From the IMG/VR virus record IMGVR_UViG_3300045988_083782: a stretch of DNA of 64,000 nt; one strand, written 5' to 3'. Below are positions 58,870-64,000 of the stretch, one piece after another. Position 1 is the stretch's first letter. Every line of letters starts with the position of its first letter. Both the position numbers and the translations under genes were made by a program. Under the pieces are notes generated by a model. It had not been told where the DNA came from and ran no database searches. It saw only the letters and a list, made by a program, of their open reading frames with translations. This DNA comes from a virus.

Positions 58870-59313
58870 ATGGAAAGAAAATAGATTATACAAGAGCTTA
58901 AACAGTACTTTAGTATTAAAGAACTAGTATGCCCACATGTATATAGTAAGTTTGGTGAGACAGCTTGGATGTTCTTATCAACCCCTTTACTTCATACTCT
59001 ACTAGTAATACGTAGAGATATATTACAGAAACCTATGACAATAAACAACTCATCTAACTATGCACAAAGAGGTCTAAGATGCAACATGTGTTAGATAGTA
59101 AAGAGTAAGAATTCAGCATACTTGTCTGCACACGTATTAGGAGAAGGATGTGATTTCACATCGCCTAATGTATCTGCTGAAGATATTAGAAATTTAATTG
59201 CAGAGAATGAAGACAAATTGCCTTATAAGATTAGATTAGAGAAAGATGTGAACTGGGTTCATGTTGATTGCTATGATAATTCAGATAATAAAATAAGTTA
59301 CTTTAAAGCATAA
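58870..59313 (+). CDS. endolysin, peptidase M15 (VanY / L-Ala-D-Glu peptidase-like) (2 in-frame TAG)
   Basis: ATG 58870 is in frame with track ORF 59122. Zinc-ligand pattern SAHVLGEGCDF and NWVHVD are present. Confidence 0.65.
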
Positions 59314-59338
59314 TAATAACTGCTCCCAACTCGTAATC

Positions 59339-59351
59339 GGGGGGGGGGGGG
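59339..59351. repeat. homopolymeric G13 tract followed by A6
   Basis: CGGGGGGGGGGGGGAAAAAA lies in the 54-nt spacer between the endolysin gene and 59368-59628. Confidence 0.9.
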
Positions 59352-59367
59352 AAAAAATACTCCGAAT

Positions 59368-59628
59368 ATGAAAAACAATATACAAAATGCAAATGGTGTA
59401 GACAACTCACTACAAGTAAGTCGTCTAAATGATGTCACTGGTACTAACTTCAAATTAGATGGAGATAGACCTTTCTTAATTAAGAATATTACTGATTCTA
59501 ATATAACATGTACTGTTAGATTGGCTAATATGAATACAACTGTTAGTACTGTATTCTATCCTGGATGGAATCCTGAATTAGTTGTAGAGATTGTTGGTGA
59601 AGTAACTGGTTTACAATATGGGAACTAA
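59368..59628 (+). CDS. hypothetical protein
   Basis: 86-aa ORF. Confidence 0.5.
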   Translation: MKNNIQNANGVDNSLQVSRLNDVTGTNFKLDGDRPFLIKNITDSNITCTVRLANMNTTVSTVFYPGWNPELVVEIVGEVTGLQYGN

Positions 59629-60598
59629 TATTGCTATAGGTAACTTAATAGGTAAGCACAATACTGATACACAGAAAATAAACTTTCCTTTCTCTAATTC
59701 CCTTGTAGATTATTGGAATTTTGGAGGGAAATCCAATTTTGATAAGGATAGAACAACTGTAACAGGACTGTTAGGCAACGTACTAACAGCATATAACTTT
59801 GGATGGAGTTTAATGTCAGGGTATGGAGGGTATAATGAAAATTACTTAAAGTACAAAAAGGCTGCTAATGTATTCGTAACAGATGATCATAGTATTACTA
59901 TAATGAATTTTGTTCCGGCCAATACTTTTGTCGCTTACCAATATGATACTGATCATATAAAAGCTACTAAAGTAAGAGTAACTGGATTAACTGCAACGGA
60001 TCAGCTTACTTATGAATATCGTCCTTCCGATGTAGGTAGTCGTGCAGTATTCCCAATTCCTGAAGATGGAGAATACGACTTACCCGAAAGTATTCAAAGT
60101 AGTTCTGGAACTCCGGGATATAGTGTTGGTTTTGCAGTTAGAAATGCGTTGACTAAGAATGTAACAATTGAGCAAATTCCTCTATATGAAGGAGCTATTG
60201 TTACGGATGGTGTTGATGATTATCTAAAGCTTGATAAAGTAGGGTATAAGGTGGGTACTATAATTATAAAATTTAAACCTATTAATATAAAACCCAATAT
60301 TGTTAATTCTATATTAAATATTCATACAGATGAAGTAGCTTTACAATATGATACTTCTGGTGTTATTAGCAGCAATTTTACAGCATATAAAAATTATGAA
60401 GAATATGGTGTTGGAATATTTAATGTAGATAAAAATGCTATAACTCCTCTTACATTAGGCTGTAAATTAAGTAATTCAGGTAGTCCAATGGAATACTGTA
60501 ATATGGCTCTTTATAGTATTGCTATTTACGACAGAACTCTATCTGATCAAGAAGTACAAGAAGTTATCAACTTTATGAATAAAGATAATAAATCATGA
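59618..60598 (+). CDS. hypothetical protein with LamG/concanavalin-like C-terminal signature
   Basis: 326-aa ORF. The ending ..MALYSIAIYDRTLSDQEVQEVINFM resembles the terminal strand of LamG-type lectin folds. Confidence 0.45.
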   Translation: MGTNIAIGNLIGKHNTDTQKINFPFSNSLVDYWNFGGKSNFDKDRTTVTGLLGNVLTAYNFGWSLMSGYGGYNENYLKYKKAANVFVTDDHSITIMNFVPANTFVAYQYDTDHIKATKVRVTGLTATDQLTYEYRPSDVGSRAVFPIPEDGEYDLPESIQSSSGTPGYSVGFAVRNALTKNVTIEQIPLYEGAIVTDGVDDYLKLDKVGYKVGTIIIKFKPINIKPNIVNSILNIHTDEVALQYDTSGVISSNFTAYKNYEEYGVGIFNVDKNAITPLTLGCKLSNSGSPMEYCNMALYSIAIYDRTLSDQEVQEVINFMNKDNKS

Positions 60599-60819
60599 AA
60601 TACGTAATTACAACAGTAGATTGGTGTAAACAGCATAACATCAAATTAGGAGAAGAAACCAGATATTCATTAGATGGTAAACATGTAATACTACATTATG
60701 ATCTAATTAAACCGGTATTACTAGGATCTGATGTAGTTGATATATACGAACACGATAGTGCAGAGTTAAGAGATATACTTAGTAGTAGTGAATGGTCTAA
60801 ACAAGAAAGTATATTGTAA
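60595..60819 (+). CDS. hypothetical protein
   Basis: 74-aa ORF. Confidence 0.45.
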   Translation: MKYVITTVDWCKQHNIKLGEETRYSLDGKHVILHYDLIKPVLLGSDVVDIYEHDSAELRDILSSSEWSKQESIL

Positions 60820-60839
60820 TAAATGTTAATTATTATATA

Positions 60840-60855
60840 TACTCTTACTTTACTA
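60840..60855 (+). promoter_or_regulatory. 16-nt motif TACTCTTACTTTACTA (copy 2)
   Basis: Identical to 29437-29452. It lies 46 nt upstream of ATG 60902. Confidence 0.4.
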
Positions 60856-60901
60856 TACGTTAGTAATTAGTACTAATACATATTATTTAAAAGTATACAG
60901 T

Positions 60902-61120
60902 ATGAAAGTATATGTAGTAATTGCTACAGAACTTATAGAAGGCATTGACGAAGTAGACAGTATATGGTTTACTGAAGAAGATGCTTATGAAAGAGTAGAC
61001 CAATTAGAATCGGATGAAACTGTTAATTGGGACTACTATGAAGTAAGAGCTATGGAAGTACATGGCAAACAGCATTTAAAAGTAATAAGCAAAGTAACAG
61101 AAGACAATGAAGGAAAATAA
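60902..61120 (+). CDS. hypothetical acidic protein
   Basis: 72-aa ORF. Confidence 0.45.
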   Translation: MKVYVVIATELIEGIDEVDSIWFTEEDAYERVDQLESDETVNWDYYEVRAMEVHGKQHLKVISKVTEDNEGK

Positions 61121-61595
61121 AAAGAGTACTGAAAAACAGGAAGAAGTTAAAGAGAATGTAATCAAAGCTAGTAGATTTGAAGTTGAACAATTACTTAATC
61201 CGTTTATTGGTAATATTAAGATTACTAATCTTAGTAAAGAAGATAAAATCAAAGTAATTAAACTTAAACTTGAGTTATCAAAAGTAACTAAAGAAATTGA
61301 AGACTTTAGAAAGACTACTGTTGAAAGTCTTGATAAACCTGAAAACTTTGATAAATTGAAAGAAGCGGCTGAGAAAGAAGGAGCTTCAGAGGAAGATAAG
61401 AAAGCTTACAAAGAAGTAGAAGCTGCATATAACATGAAGTTCTCAGAAGTAGCTATTCCTTACTACAATACTTATATTGATATTAAAGCTGATCATATTT
61501 CAGAAGATGCTTTCTTCTCTATTGTAGAAGACAATAATATGGATATGGCAGTATTCAGTTATGAACAACTGTATAAACAATTAGTAAATAAATAA
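61107..61595 (+). CDS. hypothetical protein
   Basis: 162-aa ORF. Confidence 0.5.
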   Translation: MKENKKSTEKQEEVKENVIKASRFEVEQLLNPFIGNIKITNLSKEDKIKVIKLKLELSKVTKEIEDFRKTTVESLDKPENFDKLKEAAEKEGASEEDKKAYKEVEAAYNMKFSEVAIPYYNTYIDIKADHISEDAFFSIVEDNNMDMAVFSYEQLYKQLVNK

Positions 61596-61596
61596 T

Positions 61597-62655
61597 ATGG
61601 CAGCACTAGGTTAGACTAATATTAGTACTACTCTTGTAGGTAATACCTTAGGCATTAGCACACATAATGTTTCACAGTTATGTACTAGTGACAAGATTAA
61701 CATACTAAGTGGTCGTAAACCTGTGAAGCAGCCTTATAGTAATGTAGATGGTGTATAGAATTGGTGGAAGGCAGCAAACGGTAACTGGGGGATAAAACTC
61801 CCAGAAACCGGAAGCTCTACAGCATTACCACCAATTGGTCAACCTATGGCAAGGTGGCAACATGATAAACCAACTGGAGGTCCTAGTGAACCTTTTAGAT
61901 TAGGAGATTTCCGTGGTTATGATCATAATGCACCAGCTATCTTTAGTATGCACCCAGATCCAGGATTGTATCCAAATACTGAATTCAGGTGCTCTATATT
62001 ACTTAAGCAGAATGCACAGGTTCCATTAAATGAAATAGCAGATATTAAAAGAGGTTACATTGGATGTATTATACGTCATCAATCTACTGGACAGCTTAGG
62101 TTTAGAACTCTAAATAAGTCTGTTATGGAAATGCAACAGCAAGAATATGTAGTCACATTAAATGTTCCTAACTGGCCAGATGGTAAAGTAGATGTATATA
62201 TGGTTTGCTCTTTTGCAGAAGCATCTGAACAATCTTATGATAGTGTCAATACTACTATAATGTCACTCAATCAAAATGATTTAGAGACAGCACACATGGT
62301 GAAAACAATTGCTAAACCTGAACCTAACAGCTTTAAATTTGAATACAAAGTTGTTAATGAATTTGCAAACGAATATCACTTAGAGTGTACATTTACATCT
62401 ATTAAAGGTGCGTGGGAGAAAGCTCGCTTTTCAGTTATGCTTTCATCAGATCCTCCGGGAGCATTTTTAGGTGGTATGGGTGAATCACTATCTCCTGCTC
62501 CAATTGGAGAAATGTTATCACAAGGAGAATCATACACATTCAATTCACAATCATTTACTCGTGTATAGACTTCTTCAAATAACTATGTGAATTATACAGC
62601 CAGATACTTAGGAGATGACTATCAATCTGGTTCTATTATATTTAGAGCAAAATAA
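61597..62655 (+). CDS. hypothetical protein, paralogue of 62880-63911 (3 in-frame TAG)
   Basis: ATG 61597 is in frame with track ORF 61846 and continues past TAG 62566 to TAA 62653. The shared motif is GDFRGY[DN]HN. Confidence 0.55.
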
Positions 62656-62656
62656 T

Positions 62657-62737
62657 ATGATAGTAATTAAAGGAAACTTAACAATTGAAAGAGACAAGCT
62701 CAGAGAACTTCTTCTGAGACAAGCTCAGAAGAGTTAA
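62657..62737 (+). CDS. 26-codon ORF MIVIKGNL... containing a triple-arm hairpin element
   Basis: It is homologous at its 5' end to the ORF starting at 63925 (MLVIKGNL...). Confidence 0.3.
   Translation: MIVIKGNLTIERDKLRELLLRQAQKS
62693..62733 (+). repeat. S / S-prime / S triple-arm element, copy 1
   Basis: ACAAG-CTCAGAG..TCTTCTGAG-ACAAG-CTCAGAAGA. The second hairpin, CTTCTGAG-ACAAG-CTCAGAAG, is a perfect 8-bp stem. Confidence 0.7.
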
Positions 62738-62879
62738 CTACAGAAATAGTAGCGTACGCTAATCTCAATGAATATGACATTACCGACGCTACTATTTTAG
62801 TTGGAGATATAACAGCTGAAAAGCTGCACGGGTTAGTATTAGTTACAGGTGAAGTAGCCCAAATAGAGGAGGGCACGAT

Positions 62880-63911
62880 ATGACATCAAATGGTATTATA
62901 TCAGCTCCTGTAACTATTACTGATATTAAAAATACTATAGGCTTAAACTCAACAGGATTGTGGGATCTAGTAACTAGAGCAAGAACTGGTGGAGTGAACA
63001 GCCGAGCGTTTAATACAGGAGATGGTTATTTGATAAAAGATGCCAGACCTTTCTGGAATATATACTCAAATGAATCACCAGGTGAATGGGCTCCATAGAA
63101 AGAAGCAGAGGGGCCACTTACATTTAGAATGAAAATGGATTCAAATGGTAAACTTAGAGCTTCAATGGGTGACTTCCGAGGTTATAATCATAATTCTTCA
63201 GCACCTACTGTTGGTGGAGGAGATTATCACTTTACTCAAGGTGCAGGTTCTGGTTCATTAGTAAGAGAATTTACTTTCAAGCCTATGCTTGGAAGTTATA
63301 ATTGGAGAAAGGTAGCAGGAGCTACTTTATATAGAGCTGCAATTAAAGGTGATAATATTGGAACAGTATATGGTACTCCAGTAGAAATAAGTAGTGAAGC
63401 TAAAACTATAAGTATTACTTTAACTATAAATACAAACAATGCAGCTACATATAATTATAGTTTATATGTTTACATAGGTAGTGGTACAGTAAATGATTTT
63501 AACTCTCTAGGGTATGTACCAGATGTTGGTAGTATGCGAATTATTATTGATCCTAAACCAGTAATTACAGCAGCAGTTGCAGTAAAAGAAAGTGGTAGTT
63601 ATAGGTACAATGTGTTTTCTATGGCTGAAGGCGTTACTTCTAACAATACTACGAGATTTAGTGGTACGTACAGATTAAATTCTGGAGTATCTACAGATGG
63701 TAAATTACTTACTAAGATTACTTATAAGTGGGGTAGTACTGAAGCTGGAAATGCAGGAAGTTTAGATGTAACTAGTTTCAACTATAGAGAAGGACCTTCT
63801 TATCTTAGAAGCTATCCTGCTGGAGATAATGTAGAAGCATTTACTGCTGATCCTAGTAGAGTACCTACTGGCTTTGAAACAAATTATCAAGCAACCTTCT
63901 GGTACGGATAA
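62880..63911 (+). CDS. hypothetical protein, paralogue of 61597-62655 (1 in-frame TAG)
   Basis: Track ORFs 62880 and 63129 share a frame joined by TAG. GAGGAGG lies 7 nt upstream of the ATG. Confidence 0.55.
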
Positions 63912-63924
63912 AAATAAAAATACA

Positions 63925-64000
63925 ATGTTAGTAATTAAAGGGAATTTAGTTATAAAGCAAGTTCGGAATAGTAACAATTCCGAAAGCAAGTTCGGAATAG
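63925..64000 (+). CDS. ORF MLVIKGNL... (runs off window) containing triple-arm element copy 2
   Basis: The frame is open from ATG 63925 to the window end. Confidence 0.3.
   Translation, partial: MLVIKGNLVIKQVRNSNNSESKFGI
63957..63998 (+). repeat. S / S-prime / S triple-arm element, copy 2
   Basis: GCAAG-TTCGGAAT-AGTAACA-ATTCCGAA-AGCAAG-TTCGGAAT. Both possible hairpins are perfect 8-bp stems. Confidence 0.7.

Noticed and set aside
62693-62733. Translational bypass (hopping) between the two GACAAGCTCAGA copies, as in T4 gene 60.
   Set aside because: The copies are 25 nt apart. Landing on the second copy puts the ribosome in a frame that stops after 14 codons (TAA), not in the long open -1 frame. 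In the second element the spacing is 29 nt, so the frame relation is not conserved.
1-64000. Lysogeny module (integrase, repressor, att site) or a recombinase that could drive the fibre inversion.
   Set aside because: No ORF in the window shows serine- or tyrosine-recombinase motifs. If such a gene exists it must lie outside these 64 kb or be host-encoded.

Overview
This window looks like a large part of a crAss-like (Crassvirales-type) Bacteroidota phage genome, AT-rich and built as two divergent arms. The left arm (1-29217, minus strand) carries replication and early/middle genes: AAA+ ATPases, primase, a DnaB-like helicase, family B DNA polymerase, a Sak4-like ATPase with an SSB-like protein, and a sigma factor with a membrane partner. 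It also has many small ORFs and unusually long ORF-free spacers. The right arm (29477-64000, plus strand) starts with small genes and dUTPase, followed by a tRNA pair. It then runs through the morphogenesis and lysis block: TerL, portal, aspartic protease, scaffold-like protein, major capsid protein, structural proteins, a long tail fibre and an M15 endolysin.

Main observations:
1. Late genes are written in a TAG-reassigned code. In-frame TAG is the only interrupting stop, and two paralogue alignments equate TAG with CAA (Gln). A Gln-type suppressor tRNA (anticodon CUA) and an initiator-type tRNA sit directly upstream of TerL.
2. A perfect 33-bp inverted repeat lies inside the tail-fibre reading frame. 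It brackets a 5.4-kb segment holding two convergent alternative C-terminal fibre modules, one of them startless. This architecture resembles the Mu G / P1 C invertible host-range switches, but no recombinase is visible in the window.
3. Five tRNA-like elements with canonical T-arm and acceptor but aberrant anticodon regions are scattered through the minus-strand arm, along with about 6 kb of structured ORF-free DNA including one 2-kb block.
4. A protein carries a ribosomal L7/L12 C-terminal domain.
5. Other features are two free-standing GIY-YIG homing endonucleases, conserved start-proximal motifs, a G13 tract and covarying triple-arm hairpin elements.

All calls come from reading the sequence by eye. 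No database search or folding program was run.
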